In this document: piece after piece, positions 26,131-36,828 of the stretch
How the letters are laid out: each line of letters begins with the position of its first letter
Position numbering within the stretch: the stretch's first letter is position 1
Virus record (IMG/VR): IMGVR_UViG_3300025639_000008
Coordinates: 1 to 37,081 of that record
DNA: 37,081 nucleotides
Direction: 5' to 3' (one strand)
Source: a virus
Lineage: Duplodnaviria > Caudoviricetes
Translations under genes and position numbers: made by a program
The notes under the pieces: model-generated
The model's database searches: none
Told to the model about the DNA's origin: nothing
What the model saw: the letters and a program-made list of their open reading frames with translations, nothing else

Positions 26131-28050
26131 GTGGCGAGACAACGAGTACAAACACAGTATGACAGTAATCAGGTGAGCCTGAACCCCGTAGCGCAAACTG
26201 TTAATACATATGTGCGACCTACTAAGGACAATCAATTAAGTCGTGCCTTAGCCCAAGCTGCGGGTACGGTATTTGAAAGAGTAGAAGAGCAGAAACGGGT
26301 ACAAACAGCCCAAGATCGTTCTTACGCAAAGCGTATACAAGCCCAAACACTAGAACAGCTTAAGAATGTCATAGCGACCCCTGAGGTTTCCGATGACCCT
26401 AATATGAATGCCGAGGGTTTATTTTCTCTCCCTGCTGTACAGAGCTTACTTACAACTAATTTAAGCGACATCCAAGACCCCTTACTAAAACAGGAAGTGC
26501 AGGATAACCTAACATCCATCTTCACTCCTGTTATGCAGCAGCATTTCCACTTAGGACAACAGAAGCAATTAGACGAGAACACTTCAAAAGCGTTTATGTC
26601 TACGTATAGAGCTTATAGTAATAACCCAGAAACAAAGCCTGGTGACTTCAATAAGTTAATCAATCAGTTTGATACTGATCTGCGTAGTGGTGATTATGGT
26701 TTATCTAAGCAACAGTCACTTAATAGCCTTGCCCGTATAGCTCAGACCGAGGGACGCTTAGGGTTAATGCCTCATGTTGGTAACTACCTCCTAGAGAAAG
26801 GTTTAGGTGGTACAGGATACCAATCCAATATCACTGAGTATGTGTTTGCTGCAACTGAGAAGATTAAAGCAGTAGAGTTAAAGAATATTCAAGAAGCCTG
26901 GGGTAACTCAATAGGCGAAGCTACCTACACCCAAATTAGTGGGGGGCTTGGTTTAAGAGATATAACAAGCCCTTGGGGTAAAACAATCTCTGTTAAAGAG
27001 CAGAAGCAAGCGGCTGTAGAACACCTAAACTTCACTGTTGAATCAAGCTACAACGAGGCTGTCACAACAGCTAAAACCTTATATGAAGAAGGTTCAGAAG
27101 AATACCAATTAGCGTTATCAATGGCAAAAGGGGAGGCACAAGATACTAAGTATAAGTGGCATACCAAGAACAACATTGAGAACCCAGAGTGGTCTTCAGA
27201 AATCAATGCAGCCACAGCCCGTATCCACACATACACTGATGAGACCAACCCTGAGGGCCAACAGGCCATCCTTAGGGGTATGGAACGCTTAAAGCAGCTC
27301 TCTAACACAGCGCCTAACTATTTTAATACGTTTGTAAATGAGGCTGATCAAGAGCTTTACCACACCTACACAGCCCTTACCATGTTTGGAGCCACACAGC
27401 CTGAAGCTCTCTCAATGATTGCCAATAAGATCAACGGGAACATTGAGGTAGATCTACAAGGTGTTCAGGAACAAGCAGCCACTATAGTTGATGATGTTAA
27501 TGATTGGTGGTTCAAAACTGGCCCAGGTGCGAGAAACCTACGTCCTAAAGTTGAGCGTATGATCACCGCAGCACTGACTTATAACCCCAATGCTGACCCT
27601 GAGAAGGTCTTAGAGATCGCTAAGGACAGGATTGAGGCTATGACAGTGGTTATTGGTAATTCACGCTTAGATAAGTCCCGTATTCAAGGGCTGCCTCCTA
27701 AAGACTTTGCTGATGCCATCCCCTCCTATGTTAATTATCTTAAAGAGACCAACCCGCTACTAGCTATATATATGTCAGGCATTGATGTTGATGATGTAGG
27801 TGTAGCTTATAGCCACCAATCCAACGGTATTAACTACTTCACTCTATATTCTGAAGAAGGGAAGATGCCAAGTGCCTCCTCTTTCTCTATAGAGGACATT
27901 AAGAAGGCCGCTATGTGGCAACAAAACCAAGTCCTTAAGTCTACACATGCACTCACAAAGCAAGCTGATGAGATGAAGGAGTGGGCTGAAAACAACACGC
28001 CTTTACAACAGCTCATTAACAAGCAAGTACGTCAATCTGAGGGGGAATAA
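26131..28050 (+). CDS. Internal virion protein, gp15-like
   Basis: 639 aa, helical character; called by position between gp14 and gp16. Confidence 0.65.
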   Translation: MARQRVQTQYDSNQVSLNPVAQTVNTYVRPTKDNQLSRALAQAAGTVFERVEEQKRVQTAQDRSYAKRIQAQTLEQLKNVIATPEVSDDPNMNAEGLFSLPAVQSLLTTNLSDIQDPLLKQEVQDNLTSIFTPVMQQHFHLGQQKQLDENTSKAFMSTYRAYSNNPETKPGDFNKLINQFDTDLRSGDYGLSKQQSLNSLARIAQTEGRLGLMPHVGNYLLEKGLGGTGYQSNITEYVFAATEKIKAVELKNIQEAWGNSIGEATYTQISGGLGLRDITSPWGKTISVKEQKQAAVEHLNFTVESSYNEAVTTAKTLYEEGSEEYQLALSMAKGEAQDTKYKWHTKNNIENPEWSSEINAATARIHTYTDETNPEGQQAILRGMERLKQLSNTAPNYFNTFVNEADQELYHTYTALTMFGATQPEALSMIANKINGNIEVDLQGVQEQAATIVDDVNDWWFKTGPGARNLRPKVERMITAALTYNPNADPEKVLEIAKDRIEAMTVVIGNSRLDKSRIQGLPPKDFADAIPSYVNYLKETNPLLAIYMSGIDVDDVGVAYSHQSNGINYFTLYSEEGKMPSASSFSIEDIKKAAMWQQNQVLKSTHALTKQADEMKEWAENNTPLQQLINKQVRQSEGE

Positions 28051-28053
28051 CCC

Positions 28054-31000
28054 ATGTCTACCAATGAACTATCTGATTATAGTCGTTTGTATGGCCTTGG
28101 TGATACCCAAGGAACACACACGGCTGAACGGTTAGCTGAACAAGGTTATACCCTAGATGAACAAGGAAGTGTAGTAGAAGACGTTGCGCCTAAATTCACT
28201 GATGCAATGTCTGCTTCATATGATGAAAACTCCCTTACAGGTGTGATGCAGCACTCCGTAGTAAACACTACTGAGTATGGTTTTCTATGGACAGAAGAGT
28301 TGGTCAATGAGTACACCAAGGATATTCCTTATGAACTCCATGACTACATCCTTGAGTCTCGTTCAGAAGGCACAGCGAAGGCCCGTAGAGCCAGTGCTAT
28401 AACAACTAACGATAACCGTAAGATCTTAGCTAAGGCCTACCAACACAACCCTATCTCCACCTTTTTAGGTGAGTTGGCGGTAGGTGCATTAGACCCTGCA
28501 CTCCTACCTACCTACTTTATGGGTATAGGGGAGGGGATAGCTGTAGCAAGGGCCACAAGAGCCACTACACGCTTGTCCAATGCTATACGCTATGGACGTA
28601 ACGGTATGATCTATGGTGCTGTTGAGAACGGCCTAGTAGAGCTAGCAGCAACTGAATTAGCTCCTGATCGAGATGCTCAAGATGTCCTATATGCAACCTT
28701 AGGTGGTGGTGTATTAGGTGGCAGTCTTAGTACCTTGGCTGGATCTCTTACAAGAGCCTTGGACTACGGCACCATAAGGGCATTAGAAAATATGTCCGGT
28801 AAAAAGATACTCAATAATAAAGGTGAGTATCACTTCTCTGACGTAAAGGAAGCGGCTGTCAACATGAGAGCTGTGGATCCTGAACACCCTCAGAGTCTCC
28901 ATAAGGTTGAAGAGTTAGAACAGTACAAGCAAGCTATCAGTGACATCAAGCAAAGGCTGATGCCTGAGGCTGGCAATAAGCTCTCCAGAGGTGAAATTAA
29001 GACCCTTAGGGCTGAATTGCACGACTTAAATTACAAGTTAAAGCAAACTAAGAAGAATGCAGCTACCAAACCCACTAAAGATCTTAAACAAGAAGCTAAA
29101 GATCTCTTAGGCGGTAAGAGGAATCAACAGAAGTCCCGTAAAGTTAAACACTTTGCTGAAGAGTTGGAGCAACACCAACAGCTACAAGAGGAAGGTTTAT
29201 TCCAGAGCAGGGTTGATAATATCAACTCCCGCCTAGCTGCCCACCAAAAAGCAACTGAGGCTGAAGCCGCCTTATCCCGCTTAGAGACCTTTGAGCGAGA
29301 AGGTTATAACCCTAAGGAACTCTTTGAGTCCTATGAGCAAGGTGTGAATCCTAAAGACCTCCCAGGGCGTACTCAAGAGAAACCTTTAGACCCTACACCT
29401 GATGAGGTAATTGTAGCTAAGAAGCAAGTTGAAGACATGATCAATAATGATCTAGTCCCTGATAACTACAAAGACATCTTACGCACTGCTGATCCTGTCA
29501 ATGTGGCAAAGATCATTAAGAATGTAGCGGCTGCTAAGGATGATCCTACAGCCATGGCTAAGGCTATCGCTGAGATGCCAGAGATGAAGTGGTCTCCTAG
29601 CGACCTGGCAGGGGTTAGTAACTTATTGAATGACGTATCCGTTGTTCTGACGCACCCTATCCCAGAAGTACGTTTCCTTGGTGCTGCTCTAATCCAGAAC
29701 AACCGAGGCAACAAAGACGGTAGTCCTGTAGTCATCTCTGCCTCTACTATCCAATCTAAGATCCAACGTAAAGCTCATTCCAAGTATATGTTGGACATTG
29801 GCAAGGACATTAGAGAGTGGCAGAAGAACTTACCCTCTAGCTGGTCAAAGGTAGTGAATTGGCGTTTTGCTGATACCAGTGCCTTCCATGAGCAGGTGAC
29901 TCAAGCAGCACGTTCTAAGGAAGTCTTTGATAAGTCTCCCCCTTACATCCAGAACCGAGCTAAGGTAGCCAGAGAAGTGCTTGATGAACTCTTTGGTGAC
30001 ATGCAAGACGCTGGTGTACCCAGTGCTACACAGTCCAAGCATATCCCTGATTACGTTCCGCGTATGATGGACATTGCTAGATTCTTCAACGTTATACTTC
30101 CTAAAGTATCCCATAACCAAGACAGAGCCGTTAAGTTAATAGCGGAAAATGTCATCAAAAGGGCATGGATCAAGAAGCAGCCTGAACTGTACGATCAAGT
30201 ACGGACAATGATTGAGAACAAGATCTTTAGGACAATGGAACGCCAAGAGCTGGCAGGTAAGCCTATTACTCAACGCTCTCAGGAATACATAGACAAGAAG
30301 GTTGATGATTACATCAATAAGGTATCCCTAGCATATGCTAAAGGTATCCAAAAGATCCCTAATAACGAAAAGGGAATGATGGACGCAGGGCAACGTCTTG
30401 ATGATCCTGATGAACTCATTAACAACCTGACAGAAGAGTTAACTGACCTAATGGATGAAGGCACCACAAGAGCTGACATCCAAGAACTTGTAACCCTCAT
30501 GGTTACAGGCTCCCCCCTTAAGAAGGGTAAGGAACGCATGGTCAACCTTAGATCCCGACTACATCTTGATGAAACCGCTAAGTTCCCTGTGCCTACAGAT
30601 AGCGGAAAGATTGAGATGATCAGTGTGTCCGACTTTACCATTAACTCTATGCAAGACCTGATTATGGACTACAGCTTCCGAGCTGGTGCTTCTGTAGGTC
30701 TTGCTCGTAACGGTATAGACACTCACGATATGACCTTTGATAAGTGGATGCGTATTGTTGATCAATCCTTCATTAATCGGAAGACAGAGAACCCTAACCT
30801 TGACCTTGCTGGTTCTAAGGACAAAGTAGAGAAGATTCTACACAACCTTTACAAAGGCATTAAGGGTAAGGAAATGGTGGACTCTGACCTGATCAGTGAC
30901 AAGACCCGATCCCGTCTTCAGATGCTACGTGATTTCAACTTCATGCGGGTAATGAACCTAGTAGGTTTATCGCAAGTAGTGGAAGTCTCTACAGTAATTG

Positions 31001-32097
31001 CAGCTAATGCTCTTAAACATAACCTACGCACTATGAGCCACTTCAACCAGGTCTATAAAAGGGCCGCTGATGGTAGTTTAGACAATAAGGCTTTGGATGA
31101 GATTGTTATGGCTACAGGCGTGGGAACACACTTTGCGAGGGGTTCCAACAGATCTCGTTATGACGAACCTGGAGAGTGGATTACCACTACCCATTCCAAG
31201 CTCAACTGGATGCTTGGGGCAGGGCGTGGCGTTACCTCCACAATCTCAGGTATGCACTTCTTAACAGACATGTCCCAGCGCGTTCAGATCTTTGGGATGC
31301 TCCAAAACTGGACAGATGCAGCCTTTAAGAACACTAAAGCCTACCCATCCATTGTTCTGCAACAGACAGGCTTGGATGAGGTAATGGGTAAGAGAATCAT
31401 TGACAACATACGTACACACGTACAGATGGATGAGTCAGGTTTTCCTACTGTCCTTAACGGCAAGCAATGGGAACCTGAGGTATGGGATTCGTTCCAGAAC
31501 CATGTAGCTCTTGAGGTGACTAACCTTGTCCAAGAAGCTGATATAGGCTCTAACAACGCTCTGATCAGATCTGCAATAGGTCGTACATTATTCCAGTTCC
31601 TAGGATTTCCTATAGCAGCCGCAGAACACCAGACCGGACGTTTATATAACCGAGCAGTCAATGGTGATCCTGTGGTATCCGCAAGGATTCTCATGGCTCA
31701 AATGGCAGCAGCTACTATGTTGCATATTGGTCGAGTGTATCTACTTGCACAAGGTCGCCCAGACCAGCAGGAATACATTGAACGCCATATGACTCCAGGA
31801 GCAGTTGCAGTAGGTGCCTTCTCCTACACATCAGGCTTTGGTTTCTACTCCTTCCTTGGAGGTATTCCGAATGTCTTGAAGGATGGTGCAGGTAGTGCCT
31901 TTATTGCCAACCCAACCCTTGACCTTATGGACTCTGCAACGCGAACTCTAGTGAACCTAGGGACTCAAGCAGATGACATGTCATTTACACAGTGGAGAGC
32001 AGCAGCACGTTTGCTTCCTTACCAGAACGCTCTTTTAGTGAACCAAGGCCTCAACATCTTGAGCAGCCAGGGTACATCTTCAAACTTTAACAACTAG
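28054..32097 (+). CDS. Internal virion protein, gp16-like
   Basis: 1347 aa; YVPR, LFQFLGF and C-terminal LLPYQN motifs; directly before the tail fibre. Confidence 0.75.
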   Translation: MSTNELSDYSRLYGLGDTQGTHTAERLAEQGYTLDEQGSVVEDVAPKFTDAMSASYDENSLTGVMQHSVVNTTEYGFLWTEELVNEYTKDIPYELHDYILESRSEGTAKARRASAITTNDNRKILAKAYQHNPISTFLGELAVGALDPALLPTYFMGIGEGIAVARATRATTRLSNAIRYGRNGMIYGAVENGLVELAATELAPDRDAQDVLYATLGGGVLGGSLSTLAGSLTRALDYGTIRALENMSGKKILNNKGEYHFSDVKEAAVNMRAVDPEHPQSLHKVEELEQYKQAISDIKQRLMPEAGNKLSRGEIKTLRAELHDLNYKLKQTKKNAATKPTKDLKQEAKDLLGGKRNQQKSRKVKHFAEELEQHQQLQEEGLFQSRVDNINSRLAAHQKATEAEAALSRLETFEREGYNPKELFESYEQGVNPKDLPGRTQEKPLDPTPDEVIVAKKQVEDMINNDLVPDNYKDILRTADPVNVAKIIKNVAAAKDDPTAMAKAIAEMPEMKWSPSDLAGVSNLLNDVSVVLTHPIPEVRFLGAALIQNNRGNKDGSPVVISASTIQSKIQRKAHSKYMLDIGKDIREWQKNLPSSWSKVVNWRFADTSAFHEQVTQAARSKEVFDKSPPYIQNRAKVAREVLDELFGDMQDAGVPSATQSKHIPDYVPRMMDIARFFNVILPKVSHNQDRAVKLIAENVIKRAWIKKQPELYDQVRTMIENKIFRTMERQELAGKPITQRSQEYIDKKVDDYINKVSLAYAKGIQKIPNNEKGMMDAGQRLDDPDELINNLTEELTDLMDEGTTRADIQELVTLMVTGSPLKKGKERMVNLRSRLHLDETAKFPVPTDSGKIEMISVSDFTINSMQDLIMDYSFRAGASVGLARNGIDTHDMTFDKWMRIVDQSFINRKTENPNLDLAGSKDKVEKILHNLYKGIKGKEMVDSDLISDKTRSRLQMLRDFNFMRVMNLVGLSQVVEVSTVIAANALKHNLRTMSHFNQVYKRAADGSLDNKALDEIVMATGVGTHFARGSNRSRYDEPGEWITTTHSKLNWMLGAGRGVTSTISGMHFLTDMSQRVQIFGMLQNWTDAAFKNTKAYPSIVLQQTGLDEVMGKRIIDNIRTHVQMDESGFPTVLNGKQWEPEVWDSFQNHVALEVTNLVQEADIGSNNALIRSAIGRTLFQFLGFPIAAAEHQTGRLYNRAVNGDPVVSARILMAQMAAATMLHIGRVYLLAQGRPDQQEYIERHMTPGAVAVGAFSYTSGFGFYSFLGGIPNVLKDGAGSAFIANPTLDLMDSATRTLVNLGTQADDMSFTQWRAAARLLPYQNALLVNQGLNILSSQGTSSNFNN

Positions 32098-32108
32098 GGC
32101 TTATTATC

Positions 32109-33851
32109 ATGGCTTATAGCTATATTGAATATACTGCTGATGGCAGCACTAATACATTTAGTATCCCATTCAGCTACACAGCCCAGCAGGACATCAGTGT
32201 GTATGTCGCTGGGTCGGCTACTACAGCATTTACTTTTACAAGTAGTAGCACCATATCCCTGACCAGCACACCAACAAACGGTCAGGTAGTACGTGTAGCG
32301 CGTACAACTTCATTAACCAACCGAGCAGTTGATTTCAGTAATGGAGCAATCCTTACTGAGAACGACCTTGATAAATCTGCTGAACAGTTGTTCTTTGCTT
32401 CTCAAGAAGCTATAGATACCGCAGGTGAATCTTTATTTAAAACAGCAGACGGTAAGTTTGATGCTCAAAGTCGAGTTATCAAGAATGTTGCTGACCCAGT
32501 AGCTGCACAGGATGCAGTCACTAAGAACTGGGCTGAGACTTCTATGGACTCTCAAGTAGTTCAGGCAACTTCAGCTAAGGATGCAGCACAGACCAGCGAA
32601 ACCAATGCAGCTACCAGTGAGTCTAATGCAAGTAGCTCCGCAAGTAGTGCCTCTGGTAGTGCCTCAACAGCTACTACTAAAGCCTCACAAGCGTCTACTT
32701 CAGCTTCCAACGCAGCTCTAAGTGCTACTGCTTCTGCGGCTAGTGCTACAGCTTCTGCATTGAGCGAATCTAATGCTAGTGCGTCTGAAGGTAACGCTAG
32801 TAGTTCTTCTACAAGTGCAACATCCAGTGCTGCCACAGCGACTACCAAGGCTAACGAAGCAGCCACTAGCGCCTCTTCAGCGTTAAGCTCTAAGAATGCT
32901 TCAGCTACTTCAGAAACTAATGCAGCTAACAGCGCATCTTCAGCTAGTACGGATGCCTCAACAGCCACTACCAAAGCTTCACAAGCGTCTACAAGCGCAA
33001 CTAACTCTGCCTCAAGTGCCACAGCCTCGGCTTCAAGTGCCTCTACAGCAAGCACACAGGCCAGCACAGCGACCACACAAGCGAGTAATGCGGCCAGTTC
33101 TGCAAGTTCTGCCAGTGGTTCAGCATCTACAGCGACTACTCAGGCGAGTACAGCGACCACGAAAGCCAACGAAGCAGCCACCTCAGCCTCCAACGCAGCC
33201 GTAAGTGCCGCAAGTGCCGCCTCAGCATTCGACAGCTTTGATGACCGTTATCTAGGCGCTAAAGCATCCGCTCCAACCACAGACAACGATGGCGACCCAC
33301 TCCAAACAGGCAACCTTTACTTCCTCACAGGCACAGGAATGCAAGTATGGGATGGCGCAGCTTGGATAGCCGCTAGCTCGTCTGGCAACGTGTCGATGTA
33401 CGTTTTTGAGTTCACAGCAACTTCTGGACAGACGACATTCAGTGGCAATGACACTAACGGTCAGGCGTTGAGCTACACAGCAGGAAACATTCACGTTACC
33501 TATGGTGGCTTCGACCTACCTACAGCCGACTATACAGCGACTAACGGCACAAGCATTGTCCTTGATGATGGTGCAGAGGTTGGCAAGATTGTTCGTGTGG
33601 TTGCCTTTGAGAGCTTTGTGGTAGCTGATACGTACACACAGGCACAGGCTGACGCTCGGTACAAATCAATCAGTGCGTCCGAAGGTGGCCCGTCATTAGG
33701 CACAGACTCGGTGATACGCACAAACGCAAAGACCATTGCAGAAAACATAACATTCGCTGGTACTGAAAACGGTATGTCGATTGGCCCCATCACGGTCAAC
33801 TCAGGCTATACGGTGACGGTGACTAGTGGTTCAACGTGGGTGGTTCTATGA
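32109..33851 (+). CDS. Tail fibre (gp17-like N-terminal anchor, Ser/Ala/Thr-rich shaft)
   Basis: YTADGSTNTFSIPFSY...VDFSNGAILTENDLD anchor; S/A/T repeats; C-terminal IGPITVNSG.TVTV..GSTW. Confidence 0.9.
   Translation: MAYSYIEYTADGSTNTFSIPFSYTAQQDISVYVAGSATTAFTFTSSSTISLTSTPTNGQVVRVARTTSLTNRAVDFSNGAILTENDLDKSAEQLFFASQEAIDTAGESLFKTADGKFDAQSRVIKNVADPVAAQDAVTKNWAETSMDSQVVQATSAKDAAQTSETNAATSESNASSSASSASGSASTATTKASQASTSASNAALSATASAASATASALSESNASASEGNASSSSTSATSSAATATTKANEAATSASSALSSKNASATSETNAANSASSASTDASTATTKASQASTSATNSASSATASASSASTASTQASTATTQASNAASSASSASGSASTATTQASTATTKANEAATSASNAAVSAASAASAFDSFDDRYLGAKASAPTTDNDGDPLQTGNLYFLTGTGMQVWDGAAWIAASSSGNVSMYVFEFTATSGQTTFSGNDTNGQALSYTAGNIHVTYGGFDLPTADYTATNGTSIVLDDGAEVGKIVRVVAFESFVVADTYTQAQADARYKSISASEGGPSLGTDSVIRTNAKTIAENITFAGTENGMSIGPITVNSGYTVTVTSGSTWVVL
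32560..33230 (+). repeat. Degenerate coding repeats (ATTKASQASTSA / ATTKANEAATSA / SETNAA)
   Basis: Recurring peptide units with synonymous DNA divergence; boundaries approximate. Confidence 0.75.
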
Positions 33852-34231
33852 GCTTAATCAAAGCAAACGATTTACAGAATGCCTCTGGTGGTATTCCAAC
33901 GGTTAAAGGTCAGAAGCTAATCCCGACAGCGTGGGTGAACTTTGACGGTACAGGTACGGTGGCTATTCGAGATAGTGAGAATGTGTCGAGTATTACTGAT
34001 AATGGTACAGGTGATTATACGGTTAGCTTTGCTACGGCTATGGCTAATAATGATTATGTTTGGACGTGGGGAGTACGGGATGGCAGCACTTATGGTAGAG
34101 GCCGCTTTATGAACCTAACTACGGCTGCTGTTATATCCACGACACAGTTCCAAAGTATGTGGCAGAACGACATATCGACAGTAATGCAAGATATTAACTC
34201 TGGGTGTTTAATGTTTATGGGAGGCCAATAA
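33848..34231 (+). CDS. Small tail-fibre-associated module 1
   Basis: ATGA coupling to the fibre gene; AWVNFDGTG...NVSSITDNGTG.YT..F.T.MANNDY domain. Confidence 0.7.
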   Translation: MSLIKANDLQNASGGIPTVKGQKLIPTAWVNFDGTGTVAIRDSENVSSITDNGTGDYTVSFATAMANNDYVWTWGVRDGSTYGRGRFMNLTTAAVISTTQFQSMWQNDISTVMQDINSGCLMFMGGQ

Positions 34232-34232
34232 T

Positions 34233-34628
34233 ATGTCCACAATCAAAGCGAACACCCTCCTACACAGTGACGGCTCACAGACCACTGAACCCTCCATCCC
34301 CGCATTAGATCAGCGTATGGCTAAGGCTTGGGTTAACTTTAATGGTACGGGTACGGTGAGTATTAGGGATTCTTATAATGTCAGTAGTATTACTGATAAT
34401 GGTACAGGTATGTACACAATTAACTTTTCTACGTCTATGGCAAATAACGATTATGCCGTATTTGCTGGGGGTGCAGAAGGTGGCAGCGTGAGTGGTGCTA
34501 ATCAGTTCGGTTATCTAGGTCGAGGAGATTCGATCTGGCAAGCTGGAAGTTTTCAGGTGCAGGCGAGGCATAACAATGACAGTGCTGTGGATAATGCGTA
34601 CATGACCTGTGTAGCATTCGGCTCTTAA
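34233..34628 (+). CDS. Small tail-fibre-associated module 2 (paralog of module 1)
   Basis: Same AWVNF...SSITDNGTG domain with a different C-terminus; GGAGG RBS. Confidence 0.7.
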   Translation: MSTIKANTLLHSDGSQTTEPSIPALDQRMAKAWVNFNGTGTVSIRDSYNVSSITDNGTGMYTINFSTSMANNDYAVFAGGAEGGSVSGANQFGYLGRGDSIWQAGSFQVQARHNNDSAVDNAYMTCVAFGS

Positions 34629-34644
34629 TTAAAGGAACAAACAA

Positions 34645-34854
34645 ATGAAAATCATATATCAAACACAAGACGGTATCGCCGTCATCACACCAGCAGCAAA
34701 TTGTCCTTTAACTATTGAGCAAGTAGCCGCTAAAGACGTACCTACGGGCAGCCCGTACAAGATTGTAGAAGATAGCTTTGTACCATCTGACCGTACCTTT
34801 AGAAATGCGTGGGAAGTTGACTCAGTAATCCTAACGGATGGGGTGGGTGCATGA
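34645..34854 (+). CDS. Putative tail-fibre assembly/chaperone-like protein
   Basis: IIY...AVITP...AAKDVP.G.PYKIV....PSDRTFRNAW; AAGGA RBS. Confidence 0.55.
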   Translation: MKIIYQTQDGIAVITPAANCPLTIEQVAAKDVPTGSPYKIVEDSFVPSDRTFRNAWEVDSVILTDGVGA

Positions 34855-35318
34855 GCGTAACGATTAGTGGTACTGATGGCATTGATAAGGTAGCTGATGG
34901 TGCTGAGATGCCAGCGGGTAGTGTGATTCAGGTTGTAGGTTTTAACACTGTGTCTAGTTGGACTACAACATCCAACAGCTATTCCTCTACTGACTTATCA
35001 CAAGCAATCACACCCAAGTATGCTAATAGTAAGATACTTGTTCAGATATTTGGGTCTGTCCATTTTGACGCTTCTGGGACGCACGGTATGGGACAAATAC
35101 GAAAAGACGGGTCAACCTTATCTGATTATAACGACGATGACCTTTTAGGTTACTCTTCGGCATCATTCGCACGAAGCGACATGACAAGTACTTTCTGGTT
35201 TGGTGACGCAGGTAGTACCAACACTGCCACGTATGCCTACTATGTGTGTACTCAAAACTCTGCGTTATTCTACTTTTATCGTAACTGCGGAATAACTATT
35301 ACGGAAATCAAAGGATAA
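34851..35318 (+). CDS. Small tail-fibre-associated beta-rich module 3
   Basis: GSVIQVV...ITPK..NSKILV...ITITEI; ATGA-coupled. Confidence 0.6.
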   Translation: MSVTISGTDGIDKVADGAEMPAGSVIQVVGFNTVSSWTTTSNSYSSTDLSQAITPKYANSKILVQIFGSVHFDASGTHGMGQIRKDGSTLSDYNDDDLLGYSSASFARSDMTSTFWFGDAGSTNTATYAYYVCTQNSALFYFYRNCGITITEIKG

Positions 35319-35323
35319 CCAAC

Positions 35324-35623
35324 ATGATCAACACAATAGACAAACCACAAGCACTTCAATCACTCCGTCCACAAGCCCAATGGGTCATGCGCGGTGATGA
35401 ACTAGAATGGCTAGACACTGAGCAGACAGAACCTACAGCAGCAGAGCTAACAGCAGAAGTCACCCGCCTACAAGCAGTCTACGACTCTCAAGCCTACGCA
35501 CGTTCACGCAAAGCCAAGTACGACTTACTCAACCAAGACGAGCTTCGTTATGACGATTTAGTCAACGGCACAACCACATGGCCAGATGCTATCCAAGCTA
35601 TTAAACAGGAGTTCCCTAAATGA
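35324..35623 (+). CDS. Putative tail-fibre chaperone-like protein
   Basis: ALQSLRP.AQW...YARSR...Y....Q...WPDAIQAIKQEFPK. Confidence 0.55.
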   Translation: MINTIDKPQALQSLRPQAQWVMRGDELEWLDTEQTEPTAAELTAEVTRLQAVYDSQAYARSRKAKYDLLNQDELRYDDLVNGTTTWPDAIQAIKQEFPK

Positions 35624-35853
35624 GCATTACAATTAACATGACAAAGGCAAAAGACATTGCCCACACAGCGCGTAGAGCCGCACGTACAGCCCTATTCGCC
35701 CCACTAGATGCCATTGCTACAGTGCCGCACTTAGCGGTACAAGCCGAAGCAGACCGAGCTGTTATCCGTGATGCTGATGCTGCTTTGCAAGTGTCTATGG
35801 ACGCTGCGAGTGATGCTGACGAGTTAAAGGCGCTGATGCCTACGGGAGCGTAG
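35620..35853 (+). CDS. Putative tail-fibre chaperone-like protein
   Basis: INMTKAKDIAH..RRAAR...FAPLD; ATGA-coupled. Confidence 0.55.
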   Translation: MSITINMTKAKDIAHTARRAARTALFAPLDAIATVPHLAVQAEADRAVIRDADAALQVSMDAASDADELKALMPTGA

Positions 35854-35856
35854 AGA

Positions 35857-36819
35857 ATGTCTAAATCAAACACAAGACAAACGGCTGATATAGCTCACGT
35901 TGTCGGACGTAAGAACCTTATTATTAATGGTGGGTTTGATGTGTGGCAGAGGGGTACTAGCTTTTCTCCATCCAATGCTAACACTTACACAGCAGACCGC
36001 TGGTATGGGTATTATCAAGACACTGCTATAACGCAAGAAACTGTAACTTATTCCGGCACAAAACTTAACGCATTAAAAGTGAGTTGTACAAACGCAGGGC
36101 TGATTCCGTGGATTGCTCAGAAAATAGAGAATAATAGCTGGGCTAGTAATAAAACAATTACAGTGAGTTTTCTGGTTAAAACCACATCAGCCTTTTCTGA
36201 TTTCAAAGTTGGATATTCTGTAGAAAATGGTTCTGGTACATCTTTAGCGAATGGACAGATAGGGAGTAATATTGCTGTCACTACCAGTTTTGTTCGTCAT
36301 AGTGTTTCTATATCTATTGCTGATTTATCATCGGCTACACTTGATGATGCGGGTAGTGAAGTAAGAATTGAGTTTAAAAAATCTGCTGGCTCTGGGGATT
36401 TTACGATAGCCCAAGTCCAACTAGAACTAGGCTCAGTCGCCACCGACTTTGAACACCGCAGCTATGGTGAAGAACTGGCGCTGTGTCAGCGGTACGGATG
36501 GGCAATGGATTGGTCGTTCTGTCATTGGATGTCTAGTGACATTGGGCGACTACATGGGACATTTCCTGTACCCATGCGTGGCATACCAAGCGTGACCTAC
36601 ATAAATACTCACTTGTATGGTGAAAGATACAACCAAGCAGGGGGCTACACTACCTCCGCCAGTCATTATGGCAGTCAATACGGTCTTAGTGATGGATATG
36701 ACTTTATGATTAGTGGTTGGAGTGGGGCAAATATTAATGTTGCGTATGGAAACACGGGGATAATAAAGCCAACCGCAGGGCTTGGTAATGCAATCGCCTT
36801 CTTAGACGCAGAGCTATAG
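35857..36819 (+). CDS. Tail-fibre/receptor-binding-like protein with carbohydrate-binding-module-like domain
   Basis: RKNLIINGGFDVWQRGTS...YTADRW...VQLELGSVATDFEHRSYGEELALCQRY, then an aromatic-rich C-terminus. Confidence 0.7.
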   Translation: MSKSNTRQTADIAHVVGRKNLIINGGFDVWQRGTSFSPSNANTYTADRWYGYYQDTAITQETVTYSGTKLNALKVSCTNAGLIPWIAQKIENNSWASNKTITVSFLVKTTSAFSDFKVGYSVENGSGTSLANGQIGSNIAVTTSFVRHSVSISIADLSSATLDDAGSEVRIEFKKSAGSGDFTIAQVQLELGSVATDFEHRSYGEELALCQRYGWAMDWSFCHWMSSDIGRLHGTFPVPMRGIPSVTYINTHLYGERYNQAGGYTTSASHYGSQYGLSDGYDFMISGWSGANINVAYGNTGIIKPTAGLGNAIAFLDAEL

Positions 36820-36828
36820 GAGATAACT

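Noticed and set aside
32561-33204. Long antisense and alternative-frame ORFs over the tail fibre
   Set aside because: By-product of Ser/Ala/Thr codon repeats that lack stops.
33929-34460. Diversity-generating retroelement TR/VR pair
   Set aside because: Differences are not adenine-specific, both copies are coding, and no reverse transcriptase is present in the window.
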